64,000 nt of DNA from Paramecium tetraurelia (lineage: Eukaryota). Both the position numbers and the translations under genes were made by a program. The notes under the pieces were generated by a model that saw only the letters and a list, made by a program, of their open reading frames with translations, was not told where the DNA came from and ran no database searches. The DNA lies in contig CT868671.1 of NCBI GenBank assembly GCA_000165425.1, forward strand, positions 563,027-627,026. Reading direction: 5' to 3'. Below, one piece after another: positions 1 through 12,635 of this stretch; within the stretch, counting starts at the first letter, position 1, and every line of letters starts with the position of its first letter.

Positions 1-81
1 TAGGTAATTCTATGCCATCAGATTATATTCTGGATGGATGTATGTTTCAATAATGACAGTGTATTTCTGAATGTTTTTCAT
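1..81 (-). CDS. 5' end of a hypothetical protein gene (runs off the left edge)
   Basis: ATG at 81 opens MKNIQKYTVIIETYIHPEQYLMAQNYL with no TGA before the window edge; AT-rich upstream spacer. Confidence 0.5.
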
Positions 82-222
82 ATTTATATAATTGCTCAAA
101 TTTTGAGAGAGTATTTTACTATAATTATAAAAACCTAATAGTATTGAAAAATTCAGAAACATATCACTTAATTTGAAAAATGATATAAACTGATTTTGAT
201 TAGATATTAGGATATTATAAGT

Positions 223-540
223 TCATTATAGATGTTCCATCCAATCTTTAGAACCGTTAATCCAACGTTCTTTATCACAAGTTGTATTCAAACTATTGTT
301 TCTATACATGGTGGCCATCAATAAGTGCTAAAATTAACATAATTATTACATCAGTGAATTTTCCATTATGGTTATACTCTTTTGGAATCGGAATGTAGGA
401 CGGCTTGCTGCCAATCAATTATCCATGAGTTCTATAGAATTACTTTGCATGAAGTTTCATAAATTCTAATACATATAGAGGATGATTTGTATACCTTCAT
501 CAGAAAGTTCTTTGGTATTAATTGATTAATTGGTGCTCAT
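223..540 (-). CDS. Pierce1/2 (C9orf116/FAP182, UPF0691)-like ciliary microtubule inner protein, ~88 aa
   Basis: Two tiny GT-AG introns; spliced product contains FYRTHGQLIGSKP...KFTDHLLMATMYRNNSLNTTCDK, matching the Pierce pattern YRT..YG..P...KFS..L...GM(Y/F)RNN.LN. Confidence 0.7.
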
Positions 541-941
541 GCGAATTTAAGTTTGAAAATATAAATATTAATTAATCGTTCACATTAAGTAACAACTTTT
601 TTATATATATAAAATAAATTCAAAATTATTATAAAATATTACAGAATTCGATGATACTAAATTAATATTATCAGATATTTTTCATTCTATGTAATTTATA
701 ATTAACGTTCAAGATTAATACTCAACTTGCTTGGTTATCAAAATTCAGTTTAAATGATTTTTAGATTTTTACATTCATAATTTATTATAGTTCTTTTTGA
801 TAAGATATTGCAAGTAAAATTTTAGAAAGAGAAGGTTTTACTATTTATCATTTTTATAAAGCTAAGAATAGAATAAGCACTTAGAAAGAATTGTCTGATG
901 TTCATTTAAATTATTAATATATTATTTCATATATGTAGTTT

Positions 942-2721
942 ATGAATTTGGAAGAATACTTATCTACAAGAATGCAGGAGATGTCCAAGTTTTATAATCA
1001 GCTCAATATTCCTAAATGTAACAAATGTTTATTAGAAAAGATGATGATATCAAGTACAATGTATAAGTTAAGGAATAACAAATTGAGAATAGAAGTTAAA
1101 AGCATTTTGAATACAAACAGGAAACTTCATAGAATTCATTCATTAATGAATTTATTGAAGAACCTTAACATTAGTAAAATAAATACCAGGACATCTTTGA
1201 TGAAATCCCAATAAAAGGAGCATAAAAACCATTTGAATAATTATTATAAGATCAAGGTATTGTTTAATAGGAGAAGAAGAATAAGAAGGAATTTTTAAAG
1301 AAGGGGACTCGATAATTTTTATCCAATGCATAGACAAGATCGGAACTATCAAAGAGAGAACATGAGGAGATCTTAAAGATGAATAATGAAAATGCAGTTG
1401 AATAATAACAGCAAAAAAAGCTACCTGTTCATTTTTTATAGAAGGGTAAAGGTAAATAATGTACACAAAAAGCAAATGATTCTATCTTGGACCATACTAA
1501 AAATGATGAAAGTATCATTTAACAACATGATGATAAAAATGATTTAAAAAAAGAGAAATATCTATTAGAGTAGCAACAAAAGGAATTGCAAAGGATGAAA
1601 TTTCAATAATAAAAATAATTGGAATAAGAGAAATTGGAATTTGAGAAATGGAAGGAAGAAGAAAAGAAAAAAATTGAGAGAATTACCAAAAAACATTATA
1701 CTATTCAATAATAAAGGTAACAGTAATTAACAACAAAATAATTGGAAGAATTAGATTTCTTAAGAAAAAGAGTGGCTTAATAAAATGAGGAGATTAAGGA
1801 ATTGAAATTTTAGTTGGAGAAATCATAGCAATAATTATAATAAATAAACAATTCTCAAAACATAAGCACTCATAATATTAATAAGCTGATTGCTTAATCA
1901 TCTCCTCCTTAAAGTAATTATTCTACTAAAGCATCCAATTTTTCAGAAAATAAAACAACTTCATATGCCATGATGCATAATAAACAAGGTTGTATTAATG
2001 AGGAAGAAGAATATGAATCTTAGAATGCGGATGATTAAAATAGTTATCAAAATGGAGATAGTTATGAGTAAGAGAAAATCAAGATTGATTTGATTTAATT
2101 AAAAAACCAACCCTCTATTTCTATAGATATGATTAATGATTTGATAGATGAATCAGAATTTGAATTTCAAAATAATAAATATTATGGGTAATATTTAGAA
2201 TATTTGAAACATGATGATAAAGTAATTTAGTAAAATCAGTCTGCCGATGGTAAAATTTCAAGAACATACTAAAGTGGTAAAAAGGAAGTGGTCTTTAATA
2301 ATGGCGTCAAAAGAGAAGTATTTTCAAATGGGTTTACTATTGTTCATTTTACAAATAATGATAAAAAGTAAACTCTGCCTGATGGTACTATTGTCTATTA
2401 TTTTGGGCAAGCTAAAACTACATAAATAACAATTTAAAATGGACCTTAAGTATTATAAAATAAATTATTTAGATATATCGATTTTAAAATAACTAAATAG
2501 AAATCCATTTCTAAAATGGTGAGAAGTAGATAAGATTTTCTGATGGGACAAAAAAGTATATATTTGCAAATGGAGGGGAAGAGACTTTGTTTAGTGATGG
2601 GATATACTAAAAAATAGATGTTAATAAAGTAAAATATATTGAATATCCTGATGGGAAGGTTGAAATCACTTACCCAGATGGCAGAATAGAAAACTAGACT
2701 CCCAAAAAAAAAAGTAATTGA
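942..2721 (+). CDS. SAS4: SAS-4/CENPJ (CPAP) centriole/basal body protein
   Basis: N-terminal FDEIPIKGAQKPFEQLL motif, coiled coil, C-terminal TCP10/G-box repeats (SGKKEVVFNNGVKREVFSNGFTIVHFTNNDKKQTLPDG...FSDGTKKYIFANG); 23-nt first intron 1018-1040. Confidence 0.88.
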
Positions 2722-2778
2722 ATTTATTTTTCTGTCAACTAAAAGATTATTTATAATAAAAATTGAAAATTATAACCA

Positions 2779-4683
2779 ATGAAATAAGGCTCGGTCAAAA
2801 GGAAATTTGAGAGTATTAATTGAGTCTTGAAAGTAGGTTTCGGCTTTTGTTCTTCAAATCCTTACGACCCTCGTGCTTAGAAAGAATTGGTGTTGCATAT
2901 TTCAAATCAAGTTTAAAAGGGAAATGATTTTACAATTAAAATGTATAGTTGGATGAAGATTTCGATATTGAAACAGAAAATTCATAAAACGACTAAATTA
3001 GATTAAGCAGACTTTAGGATACTTTACAAAAACCAAGAACTCTCTCTAAATAACGAAGATTTAGAAGTAAGAAATCGATTTATTAGCATTAAAGGATTAT
3101 GGAATCAAGAATCATGTCACTCTAAAATTAATGGCTCGAAAGTAGGGACAACAGTTGTATTTTATCAACAGCATTCACAATATATTGGAGGAATCTAAGA
3201 AAACTTAAGAGCAATTTTAGAATGCTAAATGGGCAGTGGAAGGAGCATTTATGAAAGGAATAACACCAAAATTAACTGATTTTGGTACTCAGGGCACTTA
3301 TATTTTGGAGGATTTAAATCATAAACCAGTGGCCATTTTTAAACCTTATGATGAAGAGGCATTTGCGTATAGATTAAATTCATGAATAGCCCTAATAATC
3401 CAAGAGGGATGAGAGCCAAAATGAATTCTCCAGGACTTAGATAAGGCATATTGTCTGGAGAAGGAGTGGATCGAGAAGTGGCAGCATATTTGATAGACCA
3501 ATTATCTGGACATTATCATAATGGTAATGTTGAAGATAAGCAATTTAGTACCTATAACTGATTATGTTTAAATTTGTCATCCTGCATTTCATGAGGCTGA
3601 AGAATACAAATAATTTTAGTATGAGAAGATACCCTTAAAAGAAGGATCGTTTCAATTGTACATAAAACATGATGATAATGTTGGAAATTTTGGAAGTGGT
3701 CTGTATCCTTCAATTGAAGCCAGAAAGATAGCCATCTTAGATATTAGAATTTTAAATTGTGATAGGAATGAAGAAAACATATTGGTTCGAAAAAAGTATT
3801 ATTATATTATAAATTTCTTAAGAAAAGTTAATCAGCCAGTAGGTTAAACTAGATAAGCTTATGATTACTTTCTTATACCGATTGATCATGGTTATACATT
3901 TCCAGATTCTTTCAAAATATGTAGGGATGAAGTTGTATGGTACCATTGGGGACAAATGGCTCAATCATTTACATAAGAAGAAAAAAGCTTTATTGAAAAG
4001 ATCGATCCTATTAAAGATGTTGAAATTTTAAGAGAAAAGGTGAAATTGAGAGAAATTTGTTTGAGAAATGCTAGAATATCTACAACTTTATTAAAGCTGG
4101 GTGCATAGGCAGATTTGACCATCCACGATATTTCGTATTTAAAATAATTAATTAAATAGTGAAATATTATATAGAGAAGATCCGGATGAATTATCACCTA
4201 TTGAAATTGCTATTAGTAAAGCTGAATACAATTACGAGTATGTTAATATATTTTATAACCAGTAATAATATAAGAGTGCCCAAAGGATATTCAAATTTTA
4301 AAGAAAAAATATTTTCAAATAATTTAATTTAAAAATCTTTAGAATTTGATTCATCTACTTTACAAAATCAAGAAAGACCTAAATTAGGATAAACTTTAAT
4401 AAAATTGGAGGTCATCAAAGATGAGGATGAAAACTAAATTTCTAATAAGGATATGCTGATTAAAGAAACTAAAAAGATTTAAACCTCAGACAAAAAATTA
4501 GCTAGAGTTGGTTCTTAACAAGAAATCAAAAGATACCCAACACCTATTGAGAAAGTATGGAATGAAGATTTCTTCTCTCATGTTACTTATTTCTTGCAAC
4601 AAATCATCGAGGGTAAGATTTAGGAAAAGTCCTAATCTCCTCGTAAATACAGAGCAAGGTACATCAGTGAAGAAGTCAAATGA
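2779..4683 (+). CDS. Type II PI4-kinase (plant PI4K-gamma-like) with N-terminal ubiquitin-like domain
   Basis: GTQGTYIL, AIFKPYDEEAFAPNNPRG, REVAAYLID, KIAILDIRILNCDRNEENILV, LIPIDHGY motifs; UBL-like N-terminus. Confidence 0.88.
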
Positions 4684-4760
4684 AGCAGTATTATTTAAGA
4701 ATATTTTAGGAAAATTTTATATTATATATTTATTGTTTCAAAATTGTGGATTATTGGACT

Positions 4761-5623
4761 TCAATAGTCCATAATACTATTTTCTTCATATTAACATTTG
4801 CTCTTCTTCTTAGAAGTCGTTAATAATTAGAAGGAATGTACACTAGAAATTACATTATTTAATAAATCACCTATTACTCTATTCTTATTCATCATGGCTG
4901 ATGTAGTTTTATTCTATCATCTCATCATTTTGCCCCTTGACCTATTGATCTCTCTATAACTCAATCAGCTCTAGATGAACTCGGTTCTTTTTCGATTATT
5001 TGGTAGGGTATGAAACATCTTCGTTTTCAGAAGATTCACTAATTATACTCTTGTATTGTTTATTCATTAAGATAATCTCTAGAGCTTTTTTTTATAATGG
5101 ATCATAATCATTCAAAATTGAAATTCTGTTTTATGTTCATAAGATACCCTTCTCTTTTAAATTTCTACTTAATTTAACTCAGTTTCATTTAAAATTCAGG
5201 CATCCTCTTTTTCATACCACTATTCCAGTGGTTCTTGATTGAATTGTCGGTTCTCCCTTAGACATGCTTGGCTATTTCAGCCCATTTATTACCTAGATCT
5301 ATAATCAGGAATAATACTTAAGGCCTTGTGATATAGGAATAAAACCCATTCTTCATCCTCTTCCCATGGAGTTTTCTTTATCAAAGGGTTCAAATGATTG
5401 TGCCATCTAATTAAATATATTTCATGATCACCTTTCTCTACATTATTTTCCTATTCTTCCATCTAATTATTAAGCAATTTAAGTCCATTTTTAGGGACCA
5501 AATTCTTAAACTAATTCAATTACTCTAAAATCTTCTTCGTCTGTCCAAGGTCCTATAGGACATTATAAATTTAAATTTACTCTTGCGGATAACCTTGTGT
5601 ATATTTTATTTATTTTATTTCAT
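4761..5623 (-). CDS. Myb-domain transcription factor (two Myb repeats)
   Basis: PWTDEEDFRVIELVQEFGPQKWTQIAQQLDGRIGKQCRERWHNHLNPLIKKTPWEEDEE...GRTDNSIKNHWNS. Confidence 0.9.
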
Positions 5624-5900
5624 TTATTTTAAATTAATCAAAAAGATCATTCATTATAAAATTAATTTAATATTATAGTTACTAACCTATCATTTTTGAT
5701 GAGTTTTTTAGTATTTATTTTGATAGTCCAAAGTGAGAAATCATTTTTCAATAACATCAAATATCAAGTATCATTGATAAACCAAAAAGATAAAGTACAT
5801 GTCTCAACTTTTGTATCAGTTTAGTTTTCTTTTAAATATTATATAATATTCCTAATAATAAGTTGTTAAATATTTAATTATATTTATATTAGATAATAAA

Positions 5901-8642
5901 ATGAGTGAGGATATATTAAGCAAAAGTAATATGGGTGAATTTGGAGAAGTATATTTTCACTTAGATTTTTATTTAGGACATTGATCAACAACTCTATGAA
6001 AAATGTGAACAATTTTGCTAAAAATTGAGGCGAACAAATTAATAGCTCTACAAGTTCGAATTAATATCAATTTTAGACAATTTTCCAATATTGTTAATTA
6101 AAATAGTAAAGCTGCTAAAGAGTAATTGGGATAGATGTTAAGTGAGGAACCAGAAATATTAAAGGAAGTGAATACTCTTTTGGAAGAAGATGTCAAATTC
6201 AAGACTCAGAAAGAAAAATTGACAGAGTTTATCACCAATGAAAGCAACAAACCCAAGGCGCTGGAGACGATATTGAAATAAATCTAAAATGGACATTTAG
6301 ATGGACATCAAAACAAAGATCATATCTTGGATTTATTTAGCAATGAGCCACAATTACAATAATAGTTCTTATAGAGTTTCAAAAAGAAGCATGACTAAAT
6401 TCAGCCAAAAAAAAAAGTTGAAGAAAATAGAAATTATTTTTAAAAACTATTGGATAAGAATGGAGTAGTAGATATGGTAAGACATACATTAATATATTAG
6501 AATGAATTGCTCTTTTGGGATAAATTTAGAATGAGAGTAATTCAATAGTTTCCGAATGATTTTCAACAATTTATGAATGAATTTATGAAGATTATTCATC
6601 TATATTCTGAATGCATTATAACTTAGATGGAAGTGATGGAATTAATCAATTAGTAAGAATGGTTAGAGACTGAATACATTGATGAAATTAGGTCTATGTT
6701 GTCAACAAGAGTGATTGCTCGAAGAATATAAACCCCTCTTTTTAAGCCTTTGAAAGATACAGATTTTGCTTAAGTCGACAGAGTAACAAGGTCCTATGTT
6801 AGAATGCCTATTGGATATGCAAAGGCTAATAACAACTAAGAAATCCTCAACCATTCTTGGGTATCAGTGCCATTTGGTTCTGAGGACCAATCATTTTTAA
6901 TTATGAGAAAAAATACTTTTGAGGAACAGCTTTTTAAAAGCGAGGACGAGAGGTTTGAATTTGATGTCAATATTTAATAAATAAAAAGAACCATAAATTT
7001 ATTATAAGAAATAATCGATGGCAATAAAGAGGATCCAATATTGATTGCTAAAGTGATTGATATGAGAATCTTACAATAATTATATCGAAATTAAACTTAA
7101 GATTAAAATGAAGTGCTTTAGATATTTTAATCAAAGCCTACTGAAAGTGCTAAAATCCTAATAAAAAGGGTTAAGTAAAAATTAAATGAACTCATTTAAG
7201 CAAGAAATAACAAGGCCAAATAAGTTTGGGAAAATGTTTCATTAAATAATTTTCATCGTTCCCTTGATCACAGATCCTTTTATTTTAAAAAGAATGATAA
7301 ATTAGTGATAAATGGACAAAGATTTGCCAGAGAAATAGAAGAATATGCCAAAAATGTCTTAATAAAGCATTTGGGATCAAAAGAACATGTATTTATCAAA
7401 AGAAAGCAAGATTAAATATAGTACACTTTTGAAAATTCTTTTCTGAATTCTCTTGCATAAATGACTAACATAAGACCTACCTTACCAAAATAAATGCCAT
7501 TAATTAGCTCTACAAAGGATAATATTCGTTTTTCTCCATTAATTTCGTTATGGATGGGAAATGAATAAATTTTATAGGAGTGTGGTTAATTTGTTATTCA
7601 TTATCTCCAGATTATGGGAGGCAACAATTCTTTGGATAAAAGAAATGGAACAATTTTAATGATCAAGTTAATTAATCACTTTTTTTAAGTTCCGATGAAG
7701 CCAATGCAAATATCATAATTGACATTAATAGATACCAAATTGAAAAATGAGATTTAAGAACTTGAAATTTATGATATTCATTATAATCCAGAAGATGCTT
7801 CAATCTCAATTCCGGCGATAGAAAATGAATCTCCAGGCCTATTTCTGAATTTACAACCAAAAGTCAAGTTAACCACATATGTGACATAAAATCTCTACAT
7901 ACTATTGAGATTTCTTCATACGATCTATCAAAGACTAGAAATGGCTTATGTCATTAGTTAATAAAACAAATTAGGATAAGATAAGAGATATAATTTATTT
8001 AAATCTGCTTTGTTTCTTTCATTAAAGGCTAAAGACTTTAAATATGAAGATCATTTGCGTAGTTTATTTGGAAAACATGTAAATAGATTATTGATAACAA
8101 TAGGGTTTCATATTTTCAACTTTAGAGAAGGTTTTCCATGATGCTGCTAAACAATTAGCTGTTTGTGCTTCTGATGTTGTGACAATGTCATATTTTGAGA
8201 AATCAGTATCAGTAGAAGGAGATCTTGATAAATACTTCTAAGTTGTTTCTAGCATCGTAAACGGTGAAGGAATTAAGGTTTCGGATTTAGAGGCTTCTGT
8301 ATTTTGTAAGTTCTAAGAATTACCTGAAGAAGAATAATTGCTTAAATTACATCAGGCATTTTCTAGGCATAAACCAGAAAAGAAACCTATTTATAGAGTA
8401 ATTTGATAGTTTAATTTTAGATTGCTTGTTGGCACAAAGCATGTTTTATTTCAATTTTACCAGCATATGGAGGATGCAATTAAGATATATGTAAATCTTG
8501 TAAGTAACCTTTCTTAATGAGGAACATGAAAAGAGGAGAGAGAAGAATGATGATTATCAACAGTATTGAATGGATTGTTGATGAGTTTAGCCATTTTAAA
8601 CCTATCATTAATCAGGGAGAAGATTATTTAAAATGTGTATGA
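5901..8642 (+). CDS. SIN3: Sin3 co-repressor scaffold (degenerate PAH domains, HDAC-interaction domain, Sin3 C-terminal region)
   Basis: TRSYVRMP...[58 protein letters not shown]-terminal PFLMRN; three PAH-like segments at the N-terminus. Confidence 0.88.
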
Positions 8643-9037
8643 TTCTAATACAAGGAATAATTATTTTAATTGTGCAATTTCAAACTTAATATTAATCAAG
8701 TTTATACTATATTTAGAACTTTTGTTTTTTTATTTTAAATGTAAATTTTATTATGACATTTTAAATGCTAATACTCTTTTCTCATCAATACCCCATAAAT
8801 CCTGTGTTTCCAATTAGAGAAATAATACTCTGATCAAGTAGTAGAATATTACTGAACTAATTGAAATTGTTGAGGGAATGATGTATTGTGATTATTGTTT
8901 AGTCAAAATATGATAAATATATATAAATTGGGTTCAATTTCTTATGATTTCGTAATGAAAAAAGAATTTAAAGGGGCTTTAGAATTGTGATAAAAAAACA
9001 ATAATTAAATAAATTGCAATTTAACCAACATTTTACG

Positions 9038-9672
9038 ATGGAAGTTAATATGAAAGAATTAAATGAAGGCCCAGTTATCGTAATTGATGGCCAAACAAAC
9101 GTAGATTTGGAATCAGAAATAAAGGAAATTTAGGAGGAGAAACCAAAGAACCATCCATAGATTCCTCGAAAACCTGGAAAATATATATTGACAAAAGGTG
9201 ACAAAGTTACAGTAAAATTTGCAAAGGGTCTAATCCTAAGCAACCTTATTGGATTTGTATTTTTATTTGTTGGATGTGCTATCATCTATACAACCCTTAA
9301 ATTAAATTGGTATGACGAAATGCTAGTGTCCTTTTAAATCTTTATTTTTTCAGATGTCCTTTTGATAGGAGAAAAGATTCTGTTTTTCGCAGCTTTGATA
9401 AACAAAAAGAAGATAGTTAAATTATGCCCATTTCTAAATGTTCTCTCATTATTACTGAAGATAGTGGCTAGTGGATTGATTGTGTAAGAAATTTAAATAA
9501 TAATATTAGTCATATGATTCCTTGTGCATTGGCAGTTAGTCTCGCTTTGATGTTAATATAAATGCCTCATAATATCATGATTAAAGTGATCACAAAAAGA
9601 TGGAGGAGCATCCCTGAAAGGAAATGGAAGAAGTAATTAGTGTTAGTTAGAAAGCCAATCCCTTAAAAATGA
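9038..9672 (+). CDS. Hypothetical protein with about four transmembrane helices
   Basis: Open frame in ciliate code with one 26-nt intron; four hydrophobic stretches such as LILSNLIGFVFLFVGCAIIY. Confidence 0.7.
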
Positions 9673-10034
9673 GGCTGTTAATGATGTAATTTTGTTTATA
9701 TTTTCTTAATTTATAATATATTCTCCTGTATTTATGAAATATAGATAATCAATTAAAAATTGAAGGATCACCACCATTACCAATTTGATTTTTATTACTA
9801 TCTCTTCTTCAAATACAAGACCCAAGAAGTCGTACCTGCTGTTGATTTGACTGATTCTCTATCTTCTATCTTAATGTTCAGCATTTCTTTGCGAATTTCC
9901 TCTAATCTATAAAATTCATTGGGCTAGGTTTTGTAAAACAAAAATCTCTTTAAGCTTCTCAGTCTTCTGAGATCATTATTAAAACATATTTTAAGGAATT
10001 AAAAAGACATTAATCAATAAAAATTAATATTATT

Positions 10035-11749
10035 ATGATTGATTTTATAAAGGAAACAGGCGATATTCTCATTACAAAATAAATGTCCATGAGCTCATTT
10101 CAATAGAATAGCGAATCGAGCCCAAAAAATCTATTGGGTACCCACAAATAATTTCGCTTTCCAACAATATCTAATGCATTATTGAAATCAGCCATTGAAG
10201 CCAATTACTTAGAGGCTGACCAAAAAAATTATATCATTCGAAATCCAAATTAATTAACTGTGTTTAGAATGCACTTTGACACAAATTCGCCTCGAACTCA
10301 AACTGCAATGGAAATGCTTAAGTTGCATGTCGAAGATCTTTAAGTGAAAGATTATGAGGAATTTTATCAAAAACGACAAGATCCACTTCAGAACCTAATA
10401 TCATATTTGCAATATGTAACCAACAAATACAAAATATTGAATGATATCCTAAAAAAAAGGAATTAGATCAAACACATCCAATCTCAAGTCTCTAAGTAAA
10501 TGAACTCTAAAAACATTAAGTTTAAGGATGAATCAATATCATTGGAATAAAACGAAACGAAAAAGTATATCTATGAGGAGGGACATTCAACTATTTTAAG
10601 TGCAACCCAAAAGAAAGAGCTTTTTGATAAGAAATTGATTAAAGCATCAGAGAATTACAATAAGTAAGACTATAAGTGCAATTTAGGTTTCTCAATTTAG
10701 TCCACGATCAAATTAATAAATAAGATGAGTATTACAGTAAGACTGCTCCAGAAATGTATTAAAAAGCTGAGAGATTGAAATAAAAGCAATTGGAATTAGT
10801 GAAAAAGAAGTTGAAAAATAATCATCTTAAGGTAGATCAGATTTGTCAAAAGGCGAAATAGGAAGAATAAACTCAATATCTAGAACACTAAAAGATGGTT
10901 TAAGAGTTGGAGAAAGATCATAATCTTCATTAAGAAAGAAAATAGAAATAATTGCAATAGGCATAGGAGGAATTGTTGGAGCAATTAAGAAAGAAGGAGG
11001 AGAAGGAAAGAGATAGATAGTTAAAGAGATAAATGCAAATGAATTTAGAGCAGAGCATGATAGATTAGGTGATGGATTCAATTAAGAAGAAGTCTGATTA
11101 TATGAGTGATTATTTACATAAAAAGTAAGAGGAAGATAAGAAAAGGCATTAATAAAATTTGAAGATATTCGAGAAGAAATAAAAGAAATTATAGGAGTCG
11201 TATATGCAGAAGGAAAATTAAAATGTTTAAAATTATTTCAGCAAATCAACTTAAAGACAAGTAGAGTGATTGTTTATTTTTAGATTTAAATAAATAAGCA
11301 TGAAATCTCTTAATTGAAATAGTAGAAGAGTTTATCTTTAAAGAACAGTAGAATAATGAAGAGGATTGAATAATTTTAGGAGTCTTTGGATTAAAAGAGA
11401 TTTGAAGAGTTGAATTCTAAATTGTAGGAAACAGATGTCAAGTTAGAGGGAGGATTAAAAAGGTATGAATTTTTTATAGTTTGAAAGACATTAATCTCTA
11501 TTGGATTTAAGAAAAAATAATTTGTCATAGAAGAACGAACACAGATTCAAATTGGCAAAATAAAAATAAATGGAAAATATGTTAGAAAAAATACATAAAC
11601 AAAATAAAATTTTATAAAAAAATCTCGAAATTACTTAGAAAAATGAAAAATTAAAATAAGAATAAGAATTTTTAGAGAAATATAAAAAAGAATAATTATA
11701 AGATCATGTTATTTAGAGAAACATTTTGACTTAAAAATTATCATCTTGA
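10035..11749 (+). CDS. Hypothetical coiled-coil protein
   Basis: Long Q/E/K-rich frame closed by introns at 10664-10686 and about 11463-11487; ends at TGA 11747-11749. Confidence 0.7.
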
Positions 11750-11861
11750 TTTTTATTTTGGTTTCATATTATTTTTTTTATAATTTGAAAAAATGTAATA
11801 TTATATTTAGATTATAACTACAAAATATATATAAAGAGATAATGCAAATTATTGTAATAAA

Positions 11862-12599
11862 ATGAATGAGGAGACCCAAACTCTTTTAAAGAAGATATTG
11901 GAAATGTAATTGGAATGCACATAATTATTGACAAACATTTTATTCAAAAAGAATCCTGTATCAAATGATGGGGAACAACTAAACAAGAAATCTGAATAAT
12001 TGGAGGAGGCTAAAATTCAATTAGATGGCCCTAAGAGAAAAAGCAAGAAATCTGCAAAACCAATAAGTTACAATGATACTCTTGTACAAAGTGAAGAGGA
12101 TATATAACTGTAGCAATTATTTTAGATGACTCCTAAAGGACAACTATAACCTGAACAGTGTTATAAACAGCTAAATATGATAGTATAGAAATTTAAATAG
12201 TTGAATTCTTTGGCCAATAAATCGCTCCAATTAGACTTTGAATACATTAAGGCTTATCACAGTAAAAATAAATTTAGATATTTGAGAGCTATAACTAAAC
12301 TGTTTGTGAAAAGCATTAAGAATTTATAACAGATTTAATCTAAAGATAATTAATCTGAAATATTCAAATGTCCATCTTGTGACTTTTCAGGTATAAGTAG
12401 TGTGTTCTTTCCTCATATTTTGAAGAAGCATTGTTAAAACTATCATATTTTTTGTTGCTTTTTGTGTTCCAAAGATTATTAATCTCATACTTTGCTTCTT
12501 GCTCATTTAAAAAAATATCATAATAATCCTAAAAAGAATCAAAAATAAGAGACAAATTCTTCACTTTAATAGATAGATGATGTGAGCATAAGTCTATGA
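11862..12599 (+). CDS. C2H2 zinc-finger protein (two fingers)
   Basis: Intronless frame with FKCPSCDFSGISSVFFPHILKKH and CCFLCSKDYQSHTLLLAHLKKYH. Confidence 0.8.
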
Positions 12600-12635
12600 A
12601 TTTATATATTATTAATTAAAAGTAATCTAAATTTA

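Noticed and set aside
1018..1040. Apparent 18-nt intron or frameshift at the SAS-4 5' end
   Set aside because: Using the AAG acceptor at 1040 gives an ordinary 23-nt intron and a continuous frame
10827..11081. Standard-code ORFs antisense to real genes (also 1152-1475, 43863-44093, 52001-52282, 61043-62565)
   Set aside because: They are shadows of Q/E/K-rich ciliate-code genes on the opposite strand and carry no motifs
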